In this document: piece after piece, positions 1-9,684 of the stretch | How positions within the stretch are numbered: the first letter of the stretch is position 1 | Layout: every line of letters begins with the position of its first letter | Origin: Candidatus Saccharimonadota bacterium | GTDB taxonomy: Bacteria; Pseudomonadota; Gammaproteobacteria; Enterobacterales; Enterobacteriaceae | Direction of reading: 5' to 3' | NCBI GenBank assembly: GCA_049942965.1 | Contig: CP188088.1 | Location: forward strand, 450,001-482,000 | DNA length: 32,000 nt | The notes under the pieces: generated by a model | Told to the model about the DNA's origin: nothing | The model's database searches: none | The model's input: only the letters and a program-made list of their open reading frames with translations | Made by a program: the position numbers and the translations under genes

Positions 1-1
1 A

Positions 2-879
2 ATGAAAACAAATACCTTGGTCCATCTTAAAAATATAATTAACAAAAATTGTTTATATATTGTTCCAACTCCAATAGGAAATCTTCTGGATATTACAAAA
101 AGATCATTATTAATTTTAAATAAAGTAAATATTATTGCTGCTGAAAATATTTTTCATACAACAATATTACTAAAAAATTTTGATATAAAAAAAAAAAAAT
201 AATTTCTTTTAACAAACACAACGAAGAAAAAAAAACAAAATATTTAATTAAAAAATTACTATTAGGACAAACAATTGCACTAGTATCTAACGCAGGAACT
301 CCAATAATCAATGATCCTGGATTTGTTTTAGTTAAAGCATGTCAAAAAAAAAAAATAAAAATAATACCTTTACCTGGAGCTTGTTCAATTATTACTGCGC
401 TTATAGGATCTGGACTTCCTGCTGATAAATTTTCCTATGAAGGGTTTTTTCCAAAAAAGAAAGACATAAAAAAAACATTTAGAAAAATAAAAAAAAATGA
501 AAGAACCACAATTTTTTTAGAATCTTCTCATAGAATTATCAATTCTATAAAAGAAATCATTAATGAACTAGGAGAACATCAAAAAATAACTATAGCAAAA
601 GAAATAACAAAAATTTGGGAACTGTTTTATAAATCTACAGCCATAAAAGTATTAAAATTTCTTAAAAAAGATGAAAAAAATAAAAATGGAGAATTTATTA
701 TTCTAATTAAAGGAATAAAAAGAAAAAAAGAAAAAAAAAAAGAAACTAAAAGAATACTAAATATTTTAAGTCAAGAACTATCTTTAAAACAATCAATATT
801 ACTAACTTCAAAAATATGTCGAGAAAAAAAAAATTATATATATAAAGAAGCAATAAAAAACATAAAAGATGACAAATAA
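2..879 (+). pseudogene. rsmI: 16S rRNA (cytidine1402-2'-O)-methyltransferase RsmI (YraL). The reading frame is interrupted by a frameshift inside a 13-nt poly(A) tract (187-199) and may be rescued by slippage.
   Basis: The ORF 2..202 (LYIVPTPIGNLLDITKRS..IIAAE) matches the RsmI N-terminus and stops at TAA 200-202 directly after A13. Homology continues without a stop in the frame of positions 184/202..879 (ALVSNAGTPIINDPG, PLPGACSIITAL, YEGFFP, IFLESSHR, AKEITKIWE). That segment has no in-frame ATG, GTG or TTG, which is why it is absent from the ORF track. Confidence 0.85.
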
Positions 880-910
880 AAAAAAATTTGATAGTATTAT
901 TCATAATACA

Positions 911-1275
911 AGTGATTTCAATTAATCGAATAGTCGCTATTTTATATTTTTTAAAATAGAGGAAAGTCCGGACTCCATAGGGTAAGGTGCCAGGTAACAC
1001 CTGGGAATTCTACGACTAGTGCCACAGAAAAAAAACCGCCAAAAAAATAAAAATATAATTTGGTAAGGGTGAAAAGGTGTGGTAAGAGCACACCGCAAAT
1101 TTAGAAATAAATTTTGGCAAGGTAAACTCCACCTGGAGCAAGGTCAAATAAAGATTTGTTCAATATAACCCGTATTTAAAAATCTGGGTAGACCGCTTGA
1201 GATAATAAGCAATTATTATACTAGATAAATGACTATTAAAAACAGAATCCGGCTTACAGATTATTTGATTTCACT
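911..1275 (+). ncRNA. rnpB: RNase P RNA (M1 RNA, bacterial type A)
   Basis: The conserved core GAGGAAAGTCCGGACTCCATAGGGTAAGGTGCCAGGTAACACCTGGG...AGTGCCACAGAAA..ACCGCC is present at about 959-1040. The 3' P4 strand ACAGAATCCGGCTTAC lies at about 1243-1258. The terminal segments 911-927 and 1259-1275 are largely complementary (P1). The ends are approximate to about 5 nt. Confidence 0.9.
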
Positions 1276-1365
1276 TTTAATAAAAATAAAAAATTTAAAT
1301 TTCAAAAATTTATTTCAAAAACACTTATATAGTATATAATTTTTTATATAAATGTTTTATTTTTT

Positions 1366-2733
1366 TTACAAACCAGAAATTTGCATTTCTGAAACAAAAA
1401 TTGATCCACATTGTATATTTTTTTTATAATTAATATCTTTTCCAAGATATATAATATTTTTCCAAATTTCATTTAAATTTCCGGAAATAGTAATTTCTTT
1501 CACTGGATTTTTAATTTTTCCATGTTCTACTAAAAATCCAAAAGCTCCTTTAGAATAATCTCCATTTATTAAATTTACTCCGTCTCCCATCAATTCTGTA
1601 ACTAATATTCCCAAACGAACTTCAGACAACATGTCTTTAAATGTCAAAAGTGAATTTTTATTTTCTGTAGAAATTATAAAATTATGAATTCCTTCAGAAT
1701 GACCAGTAGTTTTTAATCCTAATCTTCTAGATGAATAACAATCTAACAACCAAGTTTTTAAAATTCCTGATTCTACAACTTTTAAAGTTTTAGTTCTAAC
1801 CCCTTCTCCATCAAAAGGTCTAGAAAAAAGCCCTTTTTTTACATGAGGATCATCTACTATATTTAACCAATTAGGAAAAATTAATTTATTTAATTTATCA
1901 CATAAAAAACTATTTTTTTTATAAATATTACTTCCAGTAATCCCTTGTACAAAATAAGAAAACAAACTACTAGATACATCAGAAGAAAATATTACACATG
2001 CTTTCATAGAAGAAATCTTTTTTGCTCCTAATCTAAAGATAGCTTTTTTTGCTACTTTTTTTCCAATTGCTATAGGAGATTCTAAATCTTTGAAATCTCT
2101 TGCTATAGTATACGAATATTCTCTTTCCATATTTTTATTATTTTTTTCAGAAGCTGCTAATACTCCAATAGAAATACTATGAACAGTATTTTTATATGAA
2201 TTAATTATTCCATAACTATTTCCAATAACATTAATATTGGTATTACTTAACAACGAAGAACCTTCAGTATTAATGATTCTTCTATCTGAATTTAATGCAA
2301 TATTTTCAATATTTGTTACAATTTCTATATTATTTTCGATCTTATTTTTACAAGGGAAAAATATTTTTAAATCGTTATCAAATACTTCTAAAAATTTTTT
2401 TTCTGGTAAACTAAAATTGTGATCTTTTCTTGTATACATAGAAAAATCTACTGCTTTTTGTATAATTTTTTCCAACTTAAACAAAGACAAATCATTAGAA
2501 GAAGCAATTCCCTTCCTATGATTATAAAATATAATAACAGAAAAATTTTTATTTTTTTGAAATTCAACATTTTCTAATTTTCCCCAACGAACACTTAAAT
2601 TAACTCCAAAATTATAATTTGCTACAACCATAGCAGAAAAAGAAGAAAATTTTTTTTTTATTAAATTTAAAGAAAATGAAACAAATTCCCTTAATTTTTT
2701 TTCAGTTTCTAAAATATCTTTATATTTTTCCAT
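1366..2733 (-). CDS. pmbA: Metalloprotease PmbA (TldE)
   Basis: The 455-aa ORF is colinear with E. coli PmbA (450 aa). Shared motifs are VENVEF, RKG.ASS.DLS, PFDGEGVRT, GLK.TGH, VTELMG.GVN..GDYS.GA.GF.VE.G and NIQCGS. Confidence 0.93.
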   Translation of the reverse strand: MEKYKDILETEKKLREFVSFSLNLIKKKFSSFSAMVVANYNFGVNLSVRWGKLENVEFQKNKNFSVIIFYNHRKGIASSNDLSLFKLEKIIQKAVDFSMYTRKDHNFSLPEKKFLEVFDNDLKIFFPCKNKIENNIEIVTNIENIALNSDRRIINTEGSSLLSNTNINVIGNSYGIINSYKNTVHSISIGVLAASEKNNKNMEREYSYTIARDFKDLESPIAIGKKVAKKAIFRLGAKKISSMKACVIFSSDVSSSLFSYFVQGITGSNIYKKNSFLCDKLNKLIFPNWLNIVDDPHVKKGLFSRPFDGEGVRTKTLKVVESGILKTWLLDCYSSRRLGLKTTGHSEGIHNFIISTENKNSLLTFKDMLSEVRLGILVTELMGDGVNLINGDYSKGAFGFLVEHGKIKNPVKEITISGNLNEIWKNIIYLGKDINYKKNIQCGSIFVSEMQISGL

Positions 2734-2921
2734 AGTATTTATCCATATTTAAATTAATAAATTAAACACATTCAAAAAACCTTCCTAACTATTTTAAAAT
2801 CTGTTATAAATAATTTGTAAAGAAAACAAAAATTACTAATAAACAATTGTTATTGAATGAATACTAAATTTTTTTAATTATATTTTATTCAATAAAAAAA
2901 AATAATCAATCATTATTAATA

Positions 2922-3470
2922 ATGGAAAGAAAAATGAACATAAACAAAATTATCTCTGGGGAAAATGTACCTGAAGACGTATACGCTATTATTGAAATAC
3001 CAGCTAATTCTAGTCCTATAAAATATGAAATGAACAAAAACTACAACATTTTATTTGTTGATAGATTTATAGCAAGTAATATGATTTATCCATGTAATTA
3101 TGGATATATCAATAATACTTTATCTTTAGATGGTGATCCATTAGATATTCTTGTTGTAACTCCATATCCACTACTATCAAACTCAGTGATTCAATGTCGA
3201 CCTGTTGGTTTATTAAAAATGAAAGACGAATCCGGAGAAGACGAAAAAATAATATCTGTTCCAGATAAGAAAATTTCAGAAGAATATAATTCTATAAATG
3301 ATATATCAGATTTCCCTATTCTATTAAAAAAACAAATAGAACATTTTTTTGAAAATTATAAAAAACTAGAAAAAGGAAAATGGGTAAAAATATTATCTTG
3401 GGAAAATAAAAAAATTGCAAAACAAGTAATTCTAAAATCAATTGAAAGAAAAAAAAATAAAAAATCATAA
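2922..3470 (+). CDS. ppa: Inorganic pyrophosphatase
   Basis: Matches E. coli Ppa in IEIPANSSPIKYE, FVDRF, YPCNYGYINNTLSLDGDPLDILV, CRPVGLLKM.DE.GEDEK and HFFE.YK.LEKGKWVK. The true start may be the second ATG at 2934. Confidence 0.95.
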   Translation: MERKMNINKIISGENVPEDVYAIIEIPANSSPIKYEMNKNYNILFVDRFIASNMIYPCNYGYINNTLSLDGDPLDILVVTPYPLLSNSVIQCRPVGLLKMKDESGEDEKIISVPDKKISEEYNSINDISDFPILLKKQIEHFFENYKKLEKGKWVKILSWENKKIAKQVILKSIERKKNKKS

Positions 3471-3695
3471 TTTTTTACAAAAAAAAATTTAAATAAATTA
3501 AATGTATGTTTTTTTAGATCTTAAAAAATAAATTCAAAAAAAACAACAAAGAGAAAAATCTACTAAAATTTATGATTTATTTTAAAAAATAAATATTTAT
3601 TTTTAACAAACTATTAAATATACAAATATTTTAAATAAAATAAAAAAAAAAAATATACACTTGAAAAAATAAATTATGAAATATTAACAAATAAA

Positions 3696-3935
3696 ATGGA
3701 TATAAAAATGTCAAAAATATGTAAAATTACATCTAAAAAACCAATGTTTGGAAATAAAAGATCGCATGCAATGAATGCAAAAAAAAGAAAATTTTTTTTA
3801 AATTTACATAATCATAAATTTTGGATTCCTGAAAAAAAGAAATTTATTTGTATTAAAGTATCTGCTAAAGGAATGAGAACAATTGATAAAAAGGGAATAA
3901 CAAAAGCTCTTGAAAAAAACAATGGAGAAAAATAA
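3696..3935 (+). CDS. rpmB: 50S ribosomal protein L28
   Basis: Matches E. coli L28 in [36 protein letters not shown] and [14 protein letters not shown]. The likely true start is ATG 3708 (MSKIC..). Confidence 0.93.
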   Translation: MDIKMSKICKITSKKPMFGNKRSHAMNAKKRKFFLNLHNHKFWIPEKKKFICIKVSAKGMRTIDKKGITKALEKNNGEK

Positions 3936-3938
3936 AAA

Positions 3939-4109
3939 ATGGCTAAAAGCTCAAGAGAAAAAATAAAATTAGTTTCTTCATCTGGAAGTGGTCATTATTA
4001 TACCACTACCAAAAATAAAAGAAAAACAACAGAAAAATTAGAACTAAAAAAATATGATCCATTAATAAGAAAACATGTTCTTTATAAAGAATCTAAAATA
4101 AAAAAATAA
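3939..4109 (+). CDS. rpmG: 50S ribosomal protein L33
   Basis: Hand translation gives [56 protein letters not shown], colinear with E. coli L33 ([46 protein letters not shown]). At 56 aa it is too short for the ORF track. Confidence 0.93.
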   Translation: MAKSSREKIKLVSSSGSGHYYTTTKNKRKTTEKLELKKYDPLIRKHVLYKESKIKK

Positions 4110-4157
4110 TCTTTTAAAAGTAGCTTGTTTTAAAAAAATTAAATTTTTAATTTAATC

Positions 4158-4205
4158 AATTACCAATTTCATTCTAATAGAACGTAAATTGGTAATTTTT
4201 ATTTT
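4158..4205. terminator. Rho-independent terminator candidate between convergent rpmG(+) and fliR(-)
   Basis: There is a perfect 12-bp stem, AATTACCAATTT (4158-4169) with AAATTGGTAATT (4186-4197). The loop is 16 nt and the stem is followed by TTTATTTT on the + strand. Confidence 0.6.
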
Positions 4206-4282
4206 AAAAAACAATATAAATTTATTTTTTTACTAAAAGATTTCATTGCCAATTCTAATTCAAAAAAAATATACTAAACAAA

Positions 4283-5047
4283 CTAAGTAAAATAACCGTA
4301 TGTCTCTAAAAATAAACGTTTAAAAAATAGAATTGAAATTGGTACTAAAGTATAAATGAGAAACATTCCTACTAGTAAAGTTATAGGAAATCCAATAGAA
4401 AAAATAGAAATTTGAGGAGAAATACGATTTAAAATTGCCAAAACAAAATTTAAAATTAACAAAGTTAAAAAAACTGGAAAAGAAAATCTTATTGCACTTA
4501 AAAAGACTATAACAGAATAATTTACTAAAACTAAAAAAAAGATAGGATTTATATACAAAACATCACTAATTGGAAAATCATAAAAACTATTGCATATAAT
4601 TAAGATTATTGATAAATGTCCATTAAATAATAAAAATAAAAAATAAGTTAATAATCTTAAATAATGAGAAATTAAAGAAATATTATTTTTATTTCTAACA
4701 TCAAAAAAGTTTGCAAAAGATAAACCCATCTGAGAAGAAATTATTTCCCCTGCCATTTCCAAAGAAGCAAATGCTATTTTTATAACAAATCCAAAAGAGT
4801 ACCCTATTAAAATTTGTTGTAGTAATACCACAATAATTACAGCAGAAGAAAAATTATTAAATTCTATTTTTGGTATAAATGGAAAAACCAGAAAACTAAT
4901 TAAAAAAGACAATACAATTTTTATTCGACTACTAACAATCGTTTCTCCAAAAACTGGAGCTGATAAAATAAATGCTAATACACGAACAAACGGAAAAAAT
5001 AAATTTTCTAAAGAATGTAATAATTCAATACCGTTTAAATTGAACAT
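4283..5047 (-). CDS. fliR: Flagellar export-gate protein FliR
   Basis: This is a 254-aa polytopic membrane protein lying directly downstream of fliQ. Its start overlaps the fliQ end by 13 nt. FliR-like stretches are FPF.RV.AF....PVFG and EMAGE..S.QMGLSFA..FD. Confidence 0.88.
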   Translation of the reverse strand: MFNLNGIELLHSLENLFFPFVRVLAFILSAPVFGETIVSSRIKIVLSFLISFLVFPFIPKIEFNNFSSAVIIVVLLQQILIGYSFGFVIKIAFASLEMAGEIISSQMGLSFANFFDVRNKNNISLISHYLRLLTYFLFLLFNGHLSIILIICNSFYDFPISDVLYINPIFFLVLVNYSVIVFLSAIRFSFPVFLTLLILNFVLAILNRISPQISIFSIGFPITLLVGMFLIYTLVPISILFFKRLFLETYGYFT

Positions 5048-5319
5048 TGATGTACTATGGCAGGTAAATTAATAAATAATGTATTTATATAATTGATCAT
5101 TAGATGTAACATCCATGGACCAAAAATAAAAATAGATCCAATTACCGATATTAGTTTAGGTATAAATGAAAGAGTTTGTTCATTCAATTGAGTTGATGCT
5201 TGAAAAATACTAACAAACAAACCAGTAATCAATGCTGATACCAGTGCTGGAGCTGACAAAAGCAATGAAGTTTTCATAGCTTGACTAAACATTGACATCA
5301 CTAATTCAGTACTAGTCAT
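5035..5319 (-). CDS. fliQ: Flagellar export-gate protein FliQ
   Basis: Matches E. coli FliQ in AMK..L.L.AP.L...L.TGL..SI.QA.TQ.NE.TLSFIPK...V......GPWML..L..Y...LF.NLP. Confidence 0.92.
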   Translation of the reverse strand: MTSTELVMSMFSQAMKTSLLLSAPALVSALITGLFVSIFQASTQLNEQTLSFIPKLISVIGSIFIFGPWMLHLMINYINTLFINLPAIVHQCSI

Positions 5320-5503
5320 AAATACTCCATCTACTATTCTATATATTATATATAGAAATAAATAAAAATTTTTAAAATAAAAATATAAACTCTTTAAAAA
5401 AATAGTTAATTAAAATTAATTTAAAAAAAATTTTTTACTTAATTAATTAAATTAATTAATAATTAAAAACAATTAATCAATTTTTAATATTTTTTTTAAT
5501 CTA

Positions 5504-6241
5504 TTAAAAAAAACTATTTGATAAAGAATTAATAAGTAAATCCCATCCATCTACTAAAACAAATAACATAATCTTAAAAGGCAAGGAAATGCTAGATGGA
5601 GGAACCATCATCATACCTAACGACATTAATATACTAGAAACAACCAAATCAATTATTAAAAATGGAATAAAAATAGTAAATCCAATTTGAAATGCTGTTT
5701 TCAATTCACTTGTAATAAAAGAAGGTAACAAAATTTTAATTGGTATGAGTTCTTTATTAGGAAAATTAGAAGAAGTATGAGATAATTTACAAAATAATTC
5801 TAAATCATTTTTACGAACTTGTTTTAACATAAATTTCTTAAATGGCTGAAAACCATTTTGAACTGCAGTAACAGCAGAAATTTTATTTTCACTATATGGA
5901 ACATAAGATTCTTGGTAAGATTTTTCAAAAACAGGATTCATAATAAAAAAAGTTAAAAACAAAGATAAACCTAACAATATTTGATTAGATGGAGCATAAG
6001 GAGTTCCAATAGCACTACGAAGAAATCCTAAAACAATTATAATTCTTGTGAAACTAGTCATCATTAACAAAACTGCAGGTATAAAAGTTAATGATGTTAT
6101 AAACAATAAAGTTTCAATTGGAAACGACCAAATTTGTTCTCCATTTGATAAATTTTGAGTTATTAATCCTGGTATGTTTTTTGCATATGTTGTAGGAGGT
6201 ATTAAAGTTAAAAATAATAATGGAACAATCTGATAAATCAT
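5504..6241 (-). CDS. fliP: Flagellar export-gate protein FliP
   Basis: Matches E. coli FliP in [75 protein letters not shown] and [21 protein letters not shown]. Confidence 0.95.
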   Translation of the reverse strand: MIYQIVPLLFLTLIPPTTYAKNIPGLITQNLSNGEQIWSFPIETLLFITSLTFIPAVLLMMTSFTRIIIVLGFLRSAIGTPYAPSNQILLGLSLFLTFFIMNPVFEKSYQESYVPYSENKISAVTAVQNGFQPFKKFMLKQVRKNDLELFCKLSHTSSNFPNKELIPIKILLPSFITSELKTAFQIGFTIFIPFLIIDLVVSSILMSLGMMMVPPSSISLPFKIMLFVLVDGWDLLINSLSNSFF

Positions 6242-6499
6242 CGTATTTTTCCAAGATATTAAGTTATTTTATTCTACTTTAATTTCAAAAAAAATATTAT
6301 ACGTTTTTTAAAACTAAAGAATATCGTTATTTTTTTTAGATTAATTATTTTAATTTATATAAATAATAAAAAATAATCAAATTTTATTAATGTTTATAAA
6401 AAAAAATAAATCAAGAATAGTAATTTTATTACAATAAAAAATATTTGTAAAATAAAATTAATAGTTTCAATTAAGTTAATTATTTTTTACGTCTTTACA

Positions 6500-6925
6500 T
6501 TATTCTAATTTATGAACTTTATCTCTAACGGATAGAACTTCAGTAATTCTAATTCCATACTTACTTTCTATTATTACAATCTCCCCTTTTGCTATTAAAC
6601 AATCATTAACGTAAATATTCAACGATTTTTCTACTTTTTTATCTAATGGTAAAATTGAACCAATAGACAATTTTAAAAAATCTTTAATAGAAATTTTTGT
6701 ATTTCCTAATTCTACAGAAAGTTTTATTGGTATTGAACCTACTAAAGCTAGTTTATTATTTTCTATATTAACATTATTTATAGTTTCATTTTTAGTTTTA
6801 AAATTTTCATTTTTATTACTATTACTATTAATAGTAATATCTGAACAATGTTCTTTCAATGTTTTAATTGAATTATTTTTGTTAGAAATATGATCAACAA
6901 TATTTTTTTTTTCATTTTTATTCAT
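6500..6925 (-). CDS. fliN: Flagellar switch / C-ring protein FliN
   Basis: The C-terminal SpoA domain matches E. coli FliN (IPIKLSVELG.T...IK..L.L..GS...LD, I.V.....A.GE.V.....YG.RIT). The N-terminal half is a low-complexity N/K region. GAGGAG lies 8 nt upstream of the ATG. Confidence 0.9.
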   Translation of the reverse strand: MNKNEKKNIVDHISNKNNSIKTLKEHCSDITINSNSNKNENFKTKNETINNVNIENNKLALVGSIPIKLSVELGNTKISIKDFLKLSIGSILPLDKKVEKSLNIYVNDCLIAKGEIVIIESKYGIRITEVLSVRDKVHKLE

Positions 6926-6956
6926 AATAATTACTCCTCAATAAAAAAAAATCAAT

Positions 6957-7928
6957 TTAATTATTTATTTTTTTTATAGAAACTGCGTGTTTTCCTTTTA
7001 ATAGTCCATATTTTCCAGAAAATAAAAATTTTCCAAAAGAATATCCTTTAACTACTTCTGGATCTTCAATAGAAAGAATGTCACCAACTTTTAATTCATT
7101 AACTTCAGAAACAGGAAGAAAAAAATCTTTAAATTTAACTTTTATATCAATTGTAATATCATTAAAATTTTTAACAAAAGAATTTTTATTTTTATTTTGA
7201 TTTTTTAAGATATTTAAATTTTTATATTTAACAATTGTATTTTTGATTTCATCTATTTTAGAAAGTAATATACCAATATTAAAACTTAATCTTATATTAT
7301 TAAATTTTGTCTCAAAAATTGAAACCATTAGTTTAGTGTTATTAGAATGAACTTTCTCTTTTTTTTTAATAAAATCATTTTTTAAACTTATAGCTTTATA
7401 ATTTACTTTAAATTGTTTATTACAAGCAATACAATAGGATTGTATTGCTAATTCATATATTTTTTTTATTATTCTAATCTCATTAGATGAGAATCTTCTT
7501 TTTTCGATTTTATCAAATGGATAATAACCATCTCCACCAAACAATAAATCTAGTATTATAGTTAAAAATTCTGGAGAAAAGTTAATAAATGAACAATCGA
7601 AACAAGAAAAAATTCTAGAGAAATCAAATTGTAAAAAATTATAATTTTTTAAATAAAAATCAGAATAAAAAACAATTTTACTCTTTTTTAAAGAAAGATT
7701 AATCTTATTTAATTCAAAATAATTACATAATTTTTTTTCAAAAACACTTATAAAGATACTAGAAATAATATCAAAAATACATATTTCTCTATTTAGTACA
7801 TAATTCTTTCTGATATTTATAAAATTTTCATCATCACTAACATTAAACGAATTAACACTTCTTTTTTTTATTGAATTTAAAATGGAAAAATTGTTAAAAC
7901 TAGATTTAGCATTAATAATATCGTCCAT
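6957..7928 (-). CDS. fliM: Flagellar switch protein FliM (divergent)
   Basis: The position upstream of fliN, the conserved LFGGDG motif (LDLLFGGDGYYPF) and C-terminal SpoA-like similarity (L.VGD.L.IE.P) support the call. GAGGAG lies upstream of the ATG. Confidence 0.85.
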   Translation of the reverse strand: MDDIINAKSSFNNFSILNSIKKRSVNSFNVSDDENFINIRKNYVLNREICIFDIISSIFISVFEKKLCNYFELNKINLSLKKSKIVFYSDFYLKNYNFLQFDFSRIFSCFDCSFINFSPEFLTIILDLLFGGDGYYPFDKIEKRRFSSNEIRIIKKIYELAIQSYCIACNKQFKVNYKAISLKNDFIKKKEKVHSNNTKLMVSIFETKFNNIRLSFNIGILLSKIDEIKNTIVKYKNLNILKNQNKNKNSFVKNFNDITIDIKVKFKDFFLPVSEVNELKVGDILSIEDPEVVKGYSFGKFLFSGKYGLLKGKHAVSIKKINN

Positions 7929-8073
7929 TACATACTCCTCAAAAAAACAATTACTATTTAATATCTCTTTTTTTTAGTTTTAAATAATTTTAAAAAAAAA
8001 TAATAAAACATTAAAAATGTTCTTTTAAAATTAGCAATAAAAAGTTTTTTTCTATACACTACATTTAAAAAAA

Positions 8074-9201
8074 CTAAACATAAATTCCATTTCTATGTAA
8101 TAAAATATCTGAATACTGATGTTTTTTAATTAAACTTAAAAAATTTATTTTTTTTTCATAACAATACTTATTTTCAAAAATTTTATAAAAATTGCTTGTT
8201 AAAGATTTTAAATTTTTATTTTTATTAATATTTATTTTAAAGCGATCAAAAAAATTCTGTTTAAAAATTTTTACTTTACCAATGAATACTTTATTTTTTT
8301 TTAATCGTTTTTTTAAATCTGGTAAAAAAGACTTTAAAAATGAACATAAATTTGAACTATTAGAAAAAAGATTTAACGAAATTTTTTTACTTTTTATATT
8401 AAATTCAACTAAAATATTCTCTAGATTATTAGAAATAATTAAAATTTTTAATTTGTTTTTTTTATTTTTTTTTAGATTATTTAATATTTGTTCCAAAAAA
8501 AACGTTTTAAATTCTTCTGTTTCATAAAAAAAATTCTTAAAAAGAACAATCGAAAAAAAATTGCTTTTATTATTTATTTCATCAAATAAACAAAACAAAA
8601 TTTTTTGTTTATCAACATCTGTATTTTTTTCATTATTAAGATTTTGATTTTTATCAAATTCAAATGTTGTAAAATTATTTTTATTTGAAATGCATATTTT
8701 TTTATTCAATTTTTCAAAAAAATTTAATGAATTATCATTAATTTTATTAAAAAATAAAAAAAAATTGTTAATATTATATATTTTAAAATTTTTAATTTTC
8801 CAAGAATTACATTCTTTAAATTTGTTATTAATATTTAACTTATCAACAATGTTACTTCTCATGTTTAACAAAAAATTTTTTTTTAGCAAACTTAAACTAC
8901 TATTTGTCCAATTATTTTTTTTCTTACAAAAATTCAATCCATTAATTTTATCAATTAAATTATTGTCTCGTTTATTTGAAAAATTTAATTTTAAATTATT
9001 TATGTTTTTATAGAAAGATATAAAATTAACAGGACAAATAAAACTCTGATAAAAATTTCCAAATTTTAAGTATTTTTTATTTTTTAATTTATTATAAATA
9101 TTTTTAAATCTTTTATTTTTAGGATAAACAATAGAACTCAAACTTTTAATTTTTCTAAAACCATTGATTTTATTAAAATTATCCAAATTTTTAAGTAACA
9201 T
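8074..9201 (-). CDS. fliK: Flagellar hook-length control protein FliK (highly divergent, low complexity)
   Basis: The gene lies between fliJ and fliM. The C-terminal stretch KLKILIISNNLENILVEFNI..ISLNLFS.....FLKSFLPDLKKRLKKNKVFIGKVKI resembles the FliK C-terminal (T3S4) pattern LG.L.I.L......L......VR..LE..LP.LR..L...GI.LG. AGGA lies upstream of the ATG. Confidence 0.65.
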   Translation of the reverse strand: MLLKNLDNFNKINGFRKIKSLSSIVYPKNKRFKNIYNKLKNKKYLKFGNFYQSFICPVNFISFYKNINNLKLNFSNKRDNNLIDKINGLNFCKKKNNWTNSSLSLLKKNFLLNMRSNIVDKLNINNKFKECNSWKIKNFKIYNINNFFLFFNKINDNSLNFFEKLNKKICISNKNNFTTFEFDKNQNLNNEKNTDVDKQKILFCLFDEINNKSNFFSIVLFKNFFYETEEFKTFFLEQILNNLKKNKKNKLKILIISNNLENILVEFNIKSKKISLNLFSNSSNLCSFLKSFLPDLKKRLKKNKVFIGKVKIFKQNFFDRFKININKNKNLKSLTSNFYKIFENKYCYEKKINFLSLIKKHQYSDILLHRNGIYV

Positions 9202-9216
9202 TTAATTTATTATCCT

Positions 9217-9651
9217 TCATTTTAAACAAAAAAGAACCATTAATTCATCTAAAATTCTTTGATTTAAAAATTTTTCTTTCATTTTTTCTTTTTTATATAA
9301 AAAATTATTTAAAAAATTATACACATTCATTTTTTTAAAATTATTTTTAAAAGAAGAAAAAATTTTTTGTATTTCCTGTTCTTTTTCTTTTAAAATCTTT
9401 TCTTTAATTATAATGTTTTTATTTATTAAATTTAAAAAAGAATCATAATTCTTCCATTCAATTTCATTAATTCCAAGATTTTTTTTTAATTTAAAACTAT
9501 TAAAATATTCATTTTGATAGTTTGTTAATATTAATTTCTCTTTTTTAATAATTTCTAAAACATTTTTTTTTTCTTTAAATAAAGAAATTATCTTTTGTAA
9601 TTTTAACTTTTCTATTCTCTCTAAAATTGGATACAAATTTATTTTTAACAT
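9217..9651 (-). CDS. fliJ: Flagellar export chaperone / ATPase stalk protein FliJ
   Basis: The position between fliI and fliK, the conserved YQNEY motif (LILTNYQNEYFN versus E. coli MLIDYQNEYRN) and the C-terminal Q..LDE. support the call. Confidence 0.8.
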   Translation of the reverse strand: MLKINLYPILERIEKLKLQKIISLFKEKKNVLEIIKKEKLILTNYQNEYFNSFKLKKNLGINEIEWKNYDSFLNLINKNIIIKEKILKEKEQEIQKIFSSFKNNFKKMNVYNFLNNFLYKKEKMKEKFLNQRILDELMVLFCLK

Positions 9652-9684
9652 GTATCAAAAACCCATAGTTACATTAAAATTTAC

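Noticed and set aside
746-1000. An 84-aa minus-strand ORF spanning the rsmI 3' end and the 5' part of rnpB.
   Set aside because: It overlaps two well-supported features, including the conserved RNase P RNA core. Its composition is that of translated poly(T).
6296-6301. A perfect TATAAT on the minus strand in the fliN-fliP gap, as a possible fliP promoter.
   Set aside because: There is no acceptable -35 (ATATTC, TATTCT or GATATT at 16-18 nt spacing) and no TG extension. TATAAT words are frequent by chance at this composition.
8192-9013. Two plus-strand ORFs (111 and 107 aa) antisense to fliK.
   Set aside because: They are low-complexity F/L/K translations of the A/T-homopolymer-rich fliK region. 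They have no RBS and no homology, while fliK on the other strand has synteny, an AGGA RBS and a C-terminal FliK-like motif.
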